A DNA stretch of 64,000 nucleotides from an uncultured Methanoregulaceae archaeon (GTDB lineage Archaea; Halobacteriota; Methanomicrobia; Methanomicrobiales; Methanospirillaceae), in assembly GCA_963701095.1 (NCBI GenBank), contig OY969564.1, positions 1,184,001 through 1,248,000 of the forward strand. The letters run 5' to 3'. Of this stretch, positions 43,325 through 54,371 are shown one piece after another (the first letter of the stretch is position 1; every line of letters starts with the position of its first letter). Below the pieces are notes generated by a model. That model had not been told where the DNA came from. It saw nothing but the letters and a program-made list of their open reading frames with translations, and did not search any database. Made by a program: the position numbers and the translations under genes.

Positions 43325-44602
43325 ATGGCATCTGATAAGCCCCATTTAAATCTGGCTGTCATCGGACACATCGATCACGGAAAGTCAACCACCGTAGGTC
43401 GGATGATGTTCGAGACGGGTGCAGTACCTGCACATATTATTGAAGCCTACCGCAAGGAGGCTGAATCGAAGGGTAAGGCGACTTTCGAATTTGCTTGGGT
43501 CATGGATAACCTCAAGGAAGAGCGTGAAAGAGGTATCACGATCGATATTGCACACAAGCGGTTCGACACCCCCAAGTTTTACTTCACAGTTGTCGACTGT
43601 CCAGGACACAGAGACTTCGTGAAGAACATGATCACCGGTGCATCACAGGCAGATGCCGCAATCCTTGTCGTGGCAGCTCCAGACGGTGTTATGGAACAGA
43701 CCAAGGAACACGTATTCCTTGCACGAACCCTTGGTATTACGCAGATCATCATTGCCATCAACAAAATGGATGCAGTAAAATACGATGAAAAGCGCTATAA
43801 CGAAGTCAAGAAGGATCTTTCCGATCTTATCAAAATGGTCGGATACAAACCTGAAGAAACTCTTTTCATCCCGATCAGTTCCCTTCAAGGCGTCAACATC
43901 AAGGTAAACAGCCCGGAAACCCCGTGGTATAAGGGCCTGCCATTAATTACTGCACTTGATACCTTCAAGGAACCTTCAAAACCAACCGACAAACCACTCC
44001 GGCTACCAATTCAGGATGTGTACAGCATCAGTGGTATCGGAACCGTACCGGTCGGCCGTGTTGAAACCGGAATTATGAAGAAAGGTATGAAAGTCAGCTT
44101 TATGCCCGCGAATAAGGATGGAGAAATCAAGTCCCTCGAAATGCACCACGAGGAAATCCCGCAGGCAGTACCCGGTGACAATATCGGGTTCAACGTCCGT
44201 GGAATTGCAAAGGGCGACATCCGCCGCGGAGATGTTTGCGGTCCTGCTGATCAGCCACCGACAGTCGCCGAAGAATTTACTGCACAGGTCGTAGTTCTTC
44301 AGCACCCAAGCGCAATCACCGTCGGTTATACACCAGTCTTCCACTGCCACACAACTCAGACTGCATGCACATTTATGGAACTCAAGAAGAAACTTGACCC
44401 GCGCTCTGGTCAGACCAAGGAAGAGAATCCGACATTCTTAAAAACCGGTGATGCGGCGATTGTCGTGATCAAGCCGACAAAACCCATGGTCATTGAGAAT
44501 GTCAAGGAACTTCCGCAGCTGGGCAGGTTTGCCGTCCGTGATATGGGAGCAACGATCGCTGCCGGTATGTGCATCGCGATTCAACCGAAACAGATGAGAT
44601 AA
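43325..44602 (+). CDS. tuf: Elongation factor 1-alpha
   Basis: [27 protein letters not shown]. Confidence 0.98.
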   Translation: MASDKPHLNLAVIGHIDHGKSTTVGRMMFETGAVPAHIIEAYRKEAESKGKATFEFAWVMDNLKEERERGITIDIAHKRFDTPKFYFTVVDCPGHRDFVKNMITGASQADAAILVVAAPDGVMEQTKEHVFLARTLGITQIIIAINKMDAVKYDEKRYNEVKKDLSDLIKMVGYKPEETLFIPISSLQGVNIKVNSPETPWYKGLPLITALDTFKEPSKPTDKPLRLPIQDVYSISGIGTVPVGRVETGIMKKGMKVSFMPANKDGEIKSLEMHHEEIPQAVPGDNIGFNVRGIAKGDIRRGDVCGPADQPPTVAEEFTAQVVVLQHPSAITVGYTPVFHCHTTQTACTFMELKKKLDPRSGQTKEENPTFLKTGDAAIVVIKPTKPMVIENVKELPQLGRFAVRDMGATIAAGMCIAIQPKQMR

Positions 44603-44619
44603 TATTTTTGGTGATCGAA

Positions 44620-44928
44620 ATGCAAAAAGCCAGAATTCGCCTGACAGGAACAGATTTCAATAAAGTAGAGACGGTCTGTGACAGGATCCGCGAGATAGCC
44701 GAACGCACAGGAGTAAATCTGGCTGGACCCATCCCGCTTCCGACAAAGAGGCTCGTTGTGCCAATCCGTAAAAGTCCTGACGGAGAAGGCACAGCAACTT
44801 TTGATCGCTGGCAGATGAGAGTGCATAAAAGACTCATTGATATTGATGCAGATGAGCGGGCACTCCGCCAGCTGATGCGAATTCAGGTGCCAAAAGATAT
44901 CGGAATTGAAATTGTATTAGAAAGTTAA
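44620..44928 (+). CDS. rps10: Ribosomal protein uS10
   Basis: [24 protein letters not shown]. Confidence 0.97.
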   Translation: MQKARIRLTGTDFNKVETVCDRIREIAERTGVNLAGPIPLPTKRLVVPIRKSPDGEGTATFDRWQMRVHKRLIDIDADERALRQLMRIQVPKDIGIEIVLES

Positions 44929-44939
44929 AGGTGCGGCCC

Positions 44940-46569
44940 ATGGAAAAAGCCGCTTTTTTTTCCAGCAAACTAAAACAAATTTTCACTTTTGAAAGAGTAT
45001 TTCTTTTAATTTTCCTGCTTGCTATTATTCTGCGATTCTGGCATCCGGATCTTAAATTATTCCATCATGACGAAGCCATACATTCATGGTTTTCTTTTAA
45101 CCTTCTGACAAAAGGATCATGGATTTACGATCCCAGTTATCATGGCCCCTTCCTCTACTACGTCACTGCCGGGATGTTTTCGCTCTTTGGTGCCTCCGAT
45201 CTTGTTGCGAGGTTACTTCCGGCATTATTCGGCACGTTACTCGTACCTCTGGTTTATTTTATATACCGGCTTGGGTACATCACAAGGGCACAGACCCTGA
45301 TCATTGCCCTTTTCCTCACAATTTCCCCGGATATGGTATATTTCTCCCGTTTTCTTCGTCATGATATCTTTATGCTTTTTTTCACGATGCTTCTTCTAGT
45401 GGCTCTGCTTTATTATTTTGAAAGGGGGCAATTACGATACGCAATTATTGCGGCTATTGCAGCAGGGGGAGCATTGTGCTGTAAGGAAGAGATGCCGTTT
45501 ATATTGTTGATTTTTATTACTTTTTTTGGGTACGCAATATGGAAAAAACGCATCAATCTACCCCCACAATGGAAAAATGACCTTATTATAGGATTATTAA
45601 TAATATTCGGCATTCTTGTTGCCCTGTATTCAGCATTCGGAATGCATCCGGAAACCCTTGTGGGACAAAATTTCCAGATAAATTCGACAGGATGGTATCA
45701 GGCAGTTGATCACTGGGTATCTATGTCTAATGAACAGAGACTTGGCGGTCCGTTTTATTTCTATATTCCCTTGTACCTGTTGTATGAAGTTCCGATCTTC
45801 CTTCTTGCAATACTTGGAACATTGCAATTTATGTTCGAAGATTTCAACCTGATCCTGGCCGGGAAACGTCTGAAAAACTGGCTGTTTAAACGTCGTTTCG
45901 AACTTTCAATCAACGATCTGGCTCTGACAAGTCAGGCCCAACTCAGAAATCCTAAAATTATCAATCATAAGTCGGATCTCTTCTTCCACTTTGTATTTAC
46001 TGGATGATCCTGACCATGGCATTTTATGCATATGTCGGTGAAAAAGTGCCATGGCTCATCATACACCAGCTGCTCCCGATGTCTTTTGTAGCCGTCTACA
46101 AACTAAACTGGCAGAAAGCTGCTTTTGCCCTGATAGGTTGCCTGTTTTTGATACTGATAACCTGGCACGTCGCTTTTATTCCTGCAGACATCAATGAGCC
46201 CATTGTTCAGGTCCAGAATTCAGAGGACCTCCGGCAAGTCATGAGCATAATGGATAATTCGAGTCAAGTTGTTCTGGCATCAGAAGATTACTGGCCATTA
46301 CCCTGGTATTACCGGGGTGATCGATGGGATAAGATCACATTCTACGGCCAAAAACAGGAAATTGACCTTCTCACAAAGAATAGTCCGGGCGTCATCATCC
46401 TCCATGATACGGAGAGTTATAACACAATACCGGGCTATAATAAAACGACCTATAAACTGGATTACTGGTTCTCGGTACTATGACAACCAGAACAGGCTGT
46501 TAGATTATTATTTCCACCGGGATGGAACAATGGGAAGTATTAATCTCGATGTTTTCACGAAGCAGTATT
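44940..46569 (+). CDS. GT-C-like membrane protein, Agl23/TIGR03663-like (frameshifts near 45991 and 46474)
   Basis: FHHDEAIH, YDPSYHGP, SRFLRHD, CKE, EKVPWL, YWPLPWY. Confidence 0.8.
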
Positions 46570-46795
46570 AACATTTTTTATTCTGTTAAAAACCGGTTTC
46601 AATAAGAGAGATACTTTAATCGGTTCAACATTATCCAAAACAACCGAGCGCCAATGCATTTCACCACAACCTTTTTCGGGGGAGGAATCATCTGACAATA
46701 GCTAATTGCAGGAAAATAGTAAATCTGTTTGATTCAGATTTAATTTCACGTTATTTTTCCCCGACAGAATTTTGCGAAGGAAAAAATGGATTTCC

Positions 46796-47932
46796 TCATC
46801 CCAGCTCATCCCATCGGGAACGTTTGCGGTAAATTATAATACCAACAACAATTAGCACAACGGCAACGACACCAACGCCAATCAACAGAACACTGGAACT
46901 GAAGATCGAGCCAATATCCCCAAGGGCCCCAAAGGGATTCCATGTGGTTGTGACCTGGATATAGAACGCCTCTGCATCGTTATAGGATTGATTTCCTTCG
47001 GTATATGCCTGTTCGGCTTTTGAACGTGCCGAGGCAAAGTTGCCGCTGGTAACGAAATCATTTGCTGCTGATATATAACTCACGGCAATTTCCCGTTCAT
47101 TTATAATCGTTGATAATTTGGGATCGTTTGCGGTACTTTGGTTACCTTGGAAAAATGCAATTAACGTATCCACATTGTTTACTGGTCCTTGAGCAGTCGA
47201 GATCTCCGCTTCTGCCCAGGATTTGTCAAGGAGAGACTCTCCATTAGAAATATCTGATGTCGCGGTGGTGATATCGTTTAATGCGGTGGTATATTGAGTT
47301 GCAGGTAGAGCCTGAGCCTGGGTGATCTGGCTTTGGGCTGCATTATATTGGGCTTCGGCTGCTGAAGTATCAACCCCGAGTGCTGTTTTTTCGTCAATAT
47401 CGGTTTTTAGCTGGCTAAGCTGGGCATTTGCATTGGCAATTGCAGTAGACACATCAGCGGGATTAACCACCATTGCAGTCGCAATATAGGGAGTCCCAAT
47501 CTGATTGCCATTTGTATCTTCTTCATAAATCTGGACTAATGTCTGGTTCGAAGTCTGCGTTACGGTAGGTGTAGTACCTGCCAGTGTAACACCTACTGAA
47601 ACGTCATCACTCGACTTGTATGTCAGTAAAAAACTGCTTATATCAAGAGTTTCCTGTGCGCTTTGAGTGGGTGCTGTCGGGTTTCCGTTTACATAAATAA
47701 TGTACGACCATTGAGGGGAAGTAAGTGCAGTTGACATTACCAGATCGTTTAATGTCGATGACCCGCTGGGCTCCTGGACCGTAAAAGAAAGATCTACGGT
47801 TGTTCCTGGAGTTAATGCCCCGCTGCTGGGGTTTATTGTCATGGAGTTCACTGAAAATGCATATGAAACTGCTGGCACAAGAATTGCTAACAGGGCCAAA
47901 ATTAAAATTAACCGTTTTAATCCCATCATCAT
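46796..47932 (-). CDS. Single-pass membrane protein (signal peptide, beta-rich domain, helical stalk, TM, RKRSRWDELG tail)
   Basis: Domain layout read from the translation; starts right after the cetZ stop. Confidence 0.8.
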   Translation of the reverse strand: MMMGLKRLILILALLAILVPAVSYAFSVNSMTINPSSGALTPGTTVDLSFTVQEPSGSSTLNDLVMSTALTSPQWSYIIYVNGNPTAPTQSAQETLDISSFLLTYKSSDDVSVGVTLAGTTPTVTQTSNQTLVQIYEEDTNGNQIGTPYIATAMVVNPADVSTAIANANAQLSQLKTDIDEKTALGVDTSAAEAQYNAAQSQITQAQALPATQYTTALNDITTATSDISNGESLLDKSWAEAEISTAQGPVNNVDTLIAFFQGNQSTANDPKLSTIINEREIAVSYISAANDFVTSGNFASARSKAEQAYTEGNQSYNDAEAFYIQVTTTWNPFGALGDIGSIFSSSVLLIGVGVVAVVLIVVGIIIYRKRSRWDELG

Positions 47933-47937
47933 TAACC

Positions 47938-49128
47938 TCATTCGAACAACGGTTCGATACCTTCTTCAAACATATTCGATTTCTTCTCCTTGGATTTTAT
48001 AACCTCTTCTTTTGTTTCCTTTGCAATATCAAGAAGTTCTTTTATACGGGGGGCGTTGCCTACAGTCGCGAGCATAACGACTGCTGCGACATATTCACTG
48101 TTTACCGGATAATCCCCTCCCCTCACTTCAACGCCAGCTATATTCTCTTCGACCCAGCTTTTGGCTTTTTCCACACCCTTCCGATCCATCTCATCCGGGG
48201 GTCCGGCGATTAGAACCAGTGCCCGTTCAGCCGTTGAATAATCACAGGGAAGCGTAAGGCGGCCAAGCATCGCACGCCGTACAAGACCGACTATTTTTGC
48301 CGAGCGGTCCTCACCCATGAGTACCTGTTCATTTGCCTCTTTCTTCCCACCGAAGGTATCCTTGATATTCTCCCGGATGCCCCCGAATATCCCCCGCTGA
48401 TGTTTGGTATGGGAACTGATAACGTCGCTGACAGCGTAACCTACAGAGGTGATACCGCCTCCGCGGAGAGTGTTGATAATCTCACTTGAGTCAACAACCA
48501 TCTCACCAACACCCGCTTTACCCACTTCACCTGCGCGAAAAAGAATGGCAAATCTCCGCACGACCTCATTATTGAGCCTGTGGAAAGCACTTTTTACACT
48601 TTCCCCTTCATTCTTCCACGCACTGTTATCAAAAATGAAGGTATTGTCTGCTTCGTTCACCAACGTTGTCAAACTGCGTGCGGCATTATAGGAATAAAGC
48701 CTCCCCTCTTCCGGTGCTGGAATAATACCCAGTGCATAGACCGGCTCCCGGTAGATTCGCTTGAGATGGCGTGCCAAGACCGGAGAGCCGCCGGAACCGG
48801 TTCCTCCACCCAATCCCGCTACGATAACAAAAGCATCAATGTCGTGTGTTCCCCGGGAATCTACAGCATTAATGATACTGTCGATCTCATCAGCGGTAAC
48901 TCTCGCCCCGGTCACGTTATCCGTTCCTACCCCGTGACCCTTCACCAGTGTCTGGCCGATGAGAATTCGATCTTTCAATTCAATGTGTTTGAGACCCATC
49001 AGATCGGTCCTAGCGGTATTGACGGCAATACCACGGAAACTGTTGGTTCCGAGCTTCTTGTCCTGTTCAATGAACATGTCGACAATTTTGCCCCCGGCCT
49101 GACCAAAACCAATGAAAAATACCCGCAT
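47938..49128 (-). CDS. cetZ: CetZ-type tubulin/FtsZ family GTPase
   Basis: IGFGQAGGKIVD, GHGVG, GLGGGTGSG, FDN, VVDSSEIINTL. Confidence 0.9.
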   Translation of the reverse strand: MRVFFIGFGQAGGKIVDMFIEQDKKLGTNSFRGIAVNTARTDLMGLKHIELKDRILIGQTLVKGHGVGTDNVTGARVTADEIDSIINAVDSRGTHDIDAFVIVAGLGGGTGSGGSPVLARHLKRIYREPVYALGIIPAPEEGRLYSYNAARSLTTLVNEADNTFIFDNSAWKNEGESVKSAFHRLNNEVVRRFAILFRAGEVGKAGVGEMVVDSSEIINTLRGGGITSVGYAVSDVISSHTKHQRGIFGGIRENIKDTFGGKKEANEQVLMGEDRSAKIVGLVRRAMLGRLTLPCDYSTAERALVLIAGPPDEMDRKGVEKAKSWVEENIAGVEVRGGDYPVNSEYVAAVVMLATVGNAPRIKELLDIAKETKEEVIKSKEKKSNMFEEGIEPLFE

Positions 49129-49321
49129 CTGGTTACACCATCCAATGGGCTGACGGATAGATATTCTCTTTTAATTCTTTTAAGTTCTTTGTTTTAAGAA
49201 CTTTAATTTCTGCAATACAAAAACTTTCTTACAAAATACCGTCACATTTCGTCGCATCTTTTCTTGACAGTTACAAAGCCTTTTTCATTGTATGCCTGAC
49301 AAATAATATTAGTAACACACC

Positions 49322-50548
49322 ATGAAAATAGGGATACTCGGGGGAGGCATGTGCGGGCTCGTCGCCGCCAATGCCTTAGCCGGAGAGCATGATGTGGTAA
49401 TGTTCGAGAAAATGCCCTTCTTAGGAGGGTGCCTTGCATCGTATCACATCGATGATTATTGGATCGAACGATATTACCATCATTGCTTCTCTGGCGATGA
49501 ACAACTTTTTACCCTTATCCGGGAACTCGGGTTATGGGATAAACTTGAGTGGAGAGAAGGTAGCACCGGCTACTTTTCCGGCGGTACACTTTATCCGCTT
49601 ACAACACCACTGCAGATCCTGCGGTGGCCGGAACTATCGTTCATCGATAAAGTAAAACTTGTCTCGCTGACGTTTCGCGCCAAAAAGACGGATCTTCTTT
49701 CTTTGGATGACATCCCGGCCGAAACATATATTCTTGAACACCTCGGTCCTCGCATATATTCTTCATTCTTTGAACCCCTGCTAAGAAGCAAATTCGGAAA
49801 AAACCGGAGCAAAGTATCAGCGGCGTGGCTTATCAGCCGCATCGCCATCAGATCAAACAGAGGCGTTTCCGGAGAACACTTGGGGTACCTAAACGGTGGT
49901 TTTCACCAGATTATTGACAAACTTGAAAAATCAATAATTAACAAAGGAGGCATTATTCATCAGCAGACGCCGGTCACCTCACTTTCAAGAAATGACGCCC
50001 ATTGGGAGATCAACGGTGAAAGAGTGGATGTTGTTTTATCCACGATTCCACCGACAGAGCTCGCTACTTTAGCAGGAATTACAATGCCCGATATCCCTTA
50101 CCAAGGAGCAGCCTGCATGACCATGGGGATTGAACGCGACGTCTGCAAAGGTGTTTATTGGATCAATATGAAAGATGAAGGGCCGTACGGTGCGGTTGTG
50201 GCACATACAAATTTCGTCCCAAAAGAACGATATGGGGAACATATTGTCTATTTAGCTTCGTACTTCAGTGGTTCTGTCCCTGTAAGGCTTGACCAGAAAA
50301 TGAGAGATGATTTCTGTTCGCGCTTCAGTCTGCAGGAAAAGGATATTCATTGGAGCAGGATGGCTATCGACCCTTGGGCAGGTCCTATTTACACAACCGG
50401 ATATCGTTCTCTCATCCCCGCTTATGAAAAACATGGTATTTATCTGGCCGGCATGTTTTCTGAAGAAAATTACCCTGAAAGGAGTATGGAGGGATCAATC
50501 AGGGCAGGTACCCACATCGCTCAACGCATCCGGGAGAAAGTACATTGA
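49322..50548 (+). CDS. FAD-dependent oxidoreductase (protoporphyrinogen oxidase-like)
   Basis: IGILGGGMCGL, ERYYHH, YPERSMEGS. Confidence 0.85.
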   Translation: MKIGILGGGMCGLVAANALAGEHDVVMFEKMPFLGGCLASYHIDDYWIERYYHHCFSGDEQLFTLIRELGLWDKLEWREGSTGYFSGGTLYPLTTPLQILRWPELSFIDKVKLVSLTFRAKKTDLLSLDDIPAETYILEHLGPRIYSSFFEPLLRSKFGKNRSKVSAAWLISRIAIRSNRGVSGEHLGYLNGGFHQIIDKLEKSIINKGGIIHQQTPVTSLSRNDAHWEINGERVDVVLSTIPPTELATLAGITMPDIPYQGAACMTMGIERDVCKGVYWINMKDEGPYGAVVAHTNFVPKERYGEHIVYLASYFSGSVPVRLDQKMRDDFCSRFSLQEKDIHWSRMAIDPWAGPIYTTGYRSLIPAYEKHGIYLAGMFSEENYPERSMEGSIRAGTHIAQRIREKVH

Positions 50549-51264
50549 TGGCAAAACCCGAAGTGACTGCGATTATTCCGGTATTTAATGACCGGCCCGC
50601 ACTCGAACACGCAATTCCCGAATCTCTCAAAGCGCTTGCCGCGATTACAGAAAATTTCGAGATCATAATCGCTGAAGATGGAAGTACAGACGGGAGTGCA
50701 GAGTTCGTCCAGGCGTGCGAACTACAATCAGACCGGGTGAAGTTATTGCATTGCAATACACGTCAGGGTCGGGGAAAGGCCCTCAACAGGGCAATAAGAA
50801 AAGCACAGGGCTCAATTGTCTGCTACTATGATGTTGATCTGGCAACAGATATGCAGCACCTCCACCACCTTATAGATGCAATCCGGCAGGGAGGGGATAT
50901 TTCCACGGGATCACGCCTCCTCCCGATGAGCGACATCCAGCGGACCGAAAGCAGGGAAATTGCAAGCCGCTCCTACAATTTTCTTGTAAGGTTTATCCTT
51001 AGAAGCAGAATCTTCGATCACCAATGCGGGTTCAAGGCTTTTAACAAGGAAAAAATACTTCCTGTCCTTCCCAGTATCCGGTCAAATCACTGGTTCTGGG
51101 ACACTGAATTGCTTGTCAGGGCACAAAGAAAAGGATACAGGGTCACAGAATTTCCTGTCAGGTGGCGGGCAGGTAAAGGAACAACAGTCAGGGTAGAGGA
51201 TGTATTTGAGATGGGATCCTCTATCCTACGTCTCTGGTGGCAGATCCATGTATCGAAAAATTAG
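50548..51264 (+). CDS. GT2 dolichyl-phosphate glycosyltransferase
   Basis: IIPVFN, AEDGSTD, YDVDLATD, DHQCGFK, FWDTELL. Confidence 0.9.
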   Translation: MAKPEVTAIIPVFNDRPALEHAIPESLKALAAITENFEIIIAEDGSTDGSAEFVQACELQSDRVKLLHCNTRQGRGKALNRAIRKAQGSIVCYYDVDLATDMQHLHHLIDAIRQGGDISTGSRLLPMSDIQRTESREIASRSYNFLVRFILRSRIFDHQCGFKAFNKEKILPVLPSIRSNHWFWDTELLVRAQRKGYRVTEFPVRWRAGKGTTVRVEDVFEMGSSILRLWWQIHVSKN

Positions 51265-52228
51265 TGCAATCCTTATCCCGAGCCTGATCGCTATCGGAAT
51301 CATTGTTTATATGCTCTATCGTGTATGGGGCGATCTCCTTACTGCACTTCAGCACATTGTTCCCGTTTATCTGGGAGCGGCAATTATTATCTGCCTTTCC
51401 GCATGGTGGTTAAGGGGGTGGCGATACCACCGGATCCTTCTTGGCCTTAATTACCAGATCGGTGTTATCTTCTCGACGGCATGCGTTTTTGTAAGCCAGA
51501 CGGTCAACCTCATTGTCCCTGCAAGGCTTGGAGATTTTGTGAGGATCTTCATCCTGAAGCACGATTATAAAACAACATACTCCGAAGGAATATCTTCGAT
51601 TGTCGTGGAGCGAATCTTTGATATTATCGCTATTGCCCTACTGGGAGCTGCATCCCTCTTTTTTATCCCGAACCTTCCCGGATGGATCAATGTTTACATC
51701 TTCATAATGATTGCAATCCTGGCGGTATCATTTGCGTTCTTCATCCTCCTCATATTTGTAGGAAAACTGACGACGACCAACAAGTATGTCAAATTCATCC
51801 TGACAATGCTTGAGGAAATCAGAAGGGCTTCGTTATCATTTCGCGCGATTCTTATTCTTGGAGCATCATCCATTGTGATCTGGATGCTTGATACCCTTGT
51901 CTGCTATTCTGTAGCTACGATGTTTGAACAACAGATTCCTTTTGCAGTAATTATTCTAGCAATTGTACTCGGGAACCTTGTAAAAGCTGTACCAATTACC
52001 CCGGGAGGTATCGGGACCTACGAACTCGTTGTATCGGCGACATTTGCTATTACGGGTGTTGCACCAGCAGTGGCCTTTCTGATAGCGGTTATCGATGATC
52101 TCATCAAAAACCTGGTCACCCTGGCCGGAGGTATAGTTTCGATTTACTATCTTGGTGATTGGGTTATTCCCACTATTAAGTCGGCCCTCTCTTCAAAACT
52201 GGACGGAGGGAAAAATCCTGACTCCTGA
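51248..52228 (+). CDS. LPG-synthase-TM / flippase-like membrane protein
   Basis: NLIVPARLGD, ERIFD, PITPGGIGTYE. Confidence 0.88.
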   Translation: MYRKISAILIPSLIAIGIIVYMLYRVWGDLLTALQHIVPVYLGAAIIICLSAWWLRGWRYHRILLGLNYQIGVIFSTACVFVSQTVNLIVPARLGDFVRIFILKHDYKTTYSEGISSIVVERIFDIIAIALLGAASLFFIPNLPGWINVYIFIMIAILAVSFAFFILLIFVGKLTTTNKYVKFILTMLEEIRRASLSFRAILILGASSIVIWMLDTLVCYSVATMFEQQIPFAVIILAIVLGNLVKAVPITPGGIGTYELVVSATFAITGVAPAVAFLIAVIDDLIKNLVTLAGGIVSIYYLGDWVIPTIKSALSSKLDGGKNPDS

Positions 52229-54218
52229 ATTCCAGATCCTTTCCGTTGCAAGTTGGCTTGTCGTGGTGACATTTTTACAGCTTTCGCTCTTTCCGTCCCT
52301 GAAAAAATGCCTGGGTCAATACGCTTTCCCTGCCTCCTTTGCGGCGTCGCTCCTTATCTTTACCCTCCTGACCTGGTATTGTGGTCTTGTTCAAATTCCC
52401 ATCCAGATCGCGCTTGTTCCTTTCATCCTGCTCTTTGGGTACCACATCTACCACCGCAATTACGCATGGAACGAGCTGAGAAAAGAGTGGAAATGGGAGC
52501 TCATTTTCCTGATATTCTTTTTTTTGATGCTCACGGTCAGGTTTGTAAACCCGACGATATCCTATGCTGAGAAATTCATGGACCACGGGTTTCTTGCATC
52601 AATAATGCGAAGCCCGATCGTACTCCCTCTTGATCCCTGGTTTGCCGGAGGCTCTATGGACGTCTACTATTACTTAGGCTACTGGATTTTTGGCTGCCTC
52701 GGTATTATCAGTGGAGTTCCGTCAAACATTGCATTCAACCTTTCGCTTCCGACAGTCCTTGGTATCGCGGCAGTCATGGTTTATGCAATTGGCTCCATGC
52801 TTCTCGAACGGTTTCGCTGGCTGCCTCTGCTCCTCTTCTTTCTCCCTAACCCCTCGCTAATCTACCAGATTATACTCGGTAACCCACTCAGCACGGCACT
52901 TTGGAACAGTTCGCGCACGATCACCAACACCATTAACGAATATCCCCTGTTCTCATTTACCTGGGGGGATCTTCATGCCCATGTCATTTCGATATTTAAC
53001 CAGGTATTCTTCATTTTTCTGCTTATTTATCTGTACAAGTACTGGGAGTCTCTTGAGGCGAGAAGTAAATGGCTCATATGTGGTCTTGCTGCACTTAGCC
53101 TCGGCTCAATGCCTCTGATCAATACCTGGGATGTCCTGATATTCGCCCCGATTACCATCATCATAGCAGCGTTGATCATATTTCGGGGATGGAAGAAAGG
53201 ACTCGACTATTCATCGTGGGTCCAGCTTGTTTTGATCCCCCCCCTTTCAGTCCTTATCTACCTTCCCTTTTACATAGTGCTCAAAACCAGTACCGGGGGT
53301 ATAGGGATCGTAAAGATACCTTCTGATCCGATCCAGTTCCTGCTGGTCAATGGCTGGTTTATTTCCATTTTTCTGCTTTTTCTCATAAAAGATATTCGGG
53401 AACGGCCGTATCTTTTGATAATAGTAGTCCCGTTTATTCTTACGGGCTACTTTGCCGCTGCAATCGCTGCCATTCCACTCATTTATTTTATTGCAAAAAA
53501 GGAGCGTAGCGTCCCCGATATTCTTGCCATCTTCGGGCTCTTGATCCTTATCCTTGTGGAACTGTTCTACCTTAAGGACAATATGGGAGACACTTATTTC
53601 CGGATGAACACGGTTTTTAAATGTTACGTCCCCGCATGGATCATCCTCAGCATCAGCGCATTTTCTATGATAGGGATTTGGTTTGCAAAGCCGGGGCGTA
53701 TCCCGGTTCTTCCCGCCAAAAAAAGTGCAGCCCTTGCGGTGCTTGTTATAGGCGTCCTCTTTGTCATTCCTTTTTTTGTCCCCCTTAATCTCAACTACGG
53801 TGGTTGGACACTCGATGGGCTGAGCTATCTCGATACTACCCATCCCGGCGACGCCGGGGGGGTTGCATATCTGCGGAACCTGACCGGTGATGAACGCATT
53901 GTCGAAGCCGTTGGTGGAGACTATACCTATTATTCCCGGATCTCGTCGTTCACCGGTATCCCGGCAATACTCGGTGAACCTTTCCACGAGTTTATGTGGC
54001 GTGGAGATACCACCGGCTGGTATAGTGCCCGACCTGCAGATATCAGGTCTATTTATGAAAACCCCGATCAGACAATTTCTCTCATGAAAAAATACAACGC
54101 GACCCTTCTTTATGTCGGAGATTTAGAGAGCCAGACCTATAATGTAAGTCTGCCGGCAACCGGGCTGGAGCAGGTGTATTCAGGCCAGGGTACCACTATT
54201 TACCGCATTGCCGGGTGA
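52218..54218 (+). CDS. DUF2298 / YYY-motif GT-C-like membrane protein (start uncertain, possibly CTG)
   Basis: EKFMD, DPWFAG, YYYLGY, INEYP, GDLHAH, NTWD, RMNTVFK. Confidence 0.88.
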   Translation: MTPEFQILSVASWLVVVTFLQLSLFPSLKKCLGQYAFPASFAASLLIFTLLTWYCGLVQIPIQIALVPFILLFGYHIYHRNYAWNELRKEWKWELIFLIFFFLMLTVRFVNPTISYAEKFMDHGFLASIMRSPIVLPLDPWFAGGSMDVYYYLGYWIFGCLGIISGVPSNIAFNLSLPTVLGIAAVMVYAIGSMLLERFRWLPLLLFFLPNPSLIYQIILGNPLSTALWNSSRTITNTINEYPLFSFTWGDLHAHVISIFNQVFFIFLLIYLYKYWESLEARSKWLICGLAALSLGSMPLINTWDVLIFAPITIIIAALIIFRGWKKGLDYSSWVQLVLIPPLSVLIYLPFYIVLKTSTGGIGIVKIPSDPIQFLLVNGWFISIFLLFLIKDIRERPYLLIIVVPFILTGYFAAAIAAIPLIYFIAKKERSVPDILAIFGLLILILVELFYLKDNMGDTYFRMNTVFKCYVPAWIILSISAFSMIGIWFAKPGRIPVLPAKKSAALAVLVIGVLFVIPFFVPLNLNYGGWTLDGLSYLDTTHPGDAGGVAYLRNLTGDERIVEAVGGDYTYYSRISSFTGIPAILGEPFHEFMWRGDTTGWYSARPADIRSIYENPDQTISLMKKYNATLLYVGDLESQTYNVSLPATGLEQVYSGQGTTIYRIAG

Positions 54219-54294
54219 ACCCGCACAGTTAAACATTTTGTGAGATACCGGACAAAAGATATCCGTACCGCTCGCAAACCTTTATTTCTGCTCC

Positions 54295-54359
54295 TGATGA
54301 AATGATATGGCTGCATCACTGCTGACTGATGAGTAATGAAGGGGCAAACTGGCTCCTGA
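54295..54359 (+). ncRNA. Candidate box C/D or kink-turn element in the rpl7ae leader
   Basis: TGATGA 54295, CTGA 54322, TGATGA 54327, CTGA 54356, then SD GAGGTGA. Confidence 0.55.
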
Positions 54360-54371
54360 ATGAGGTGAGTT

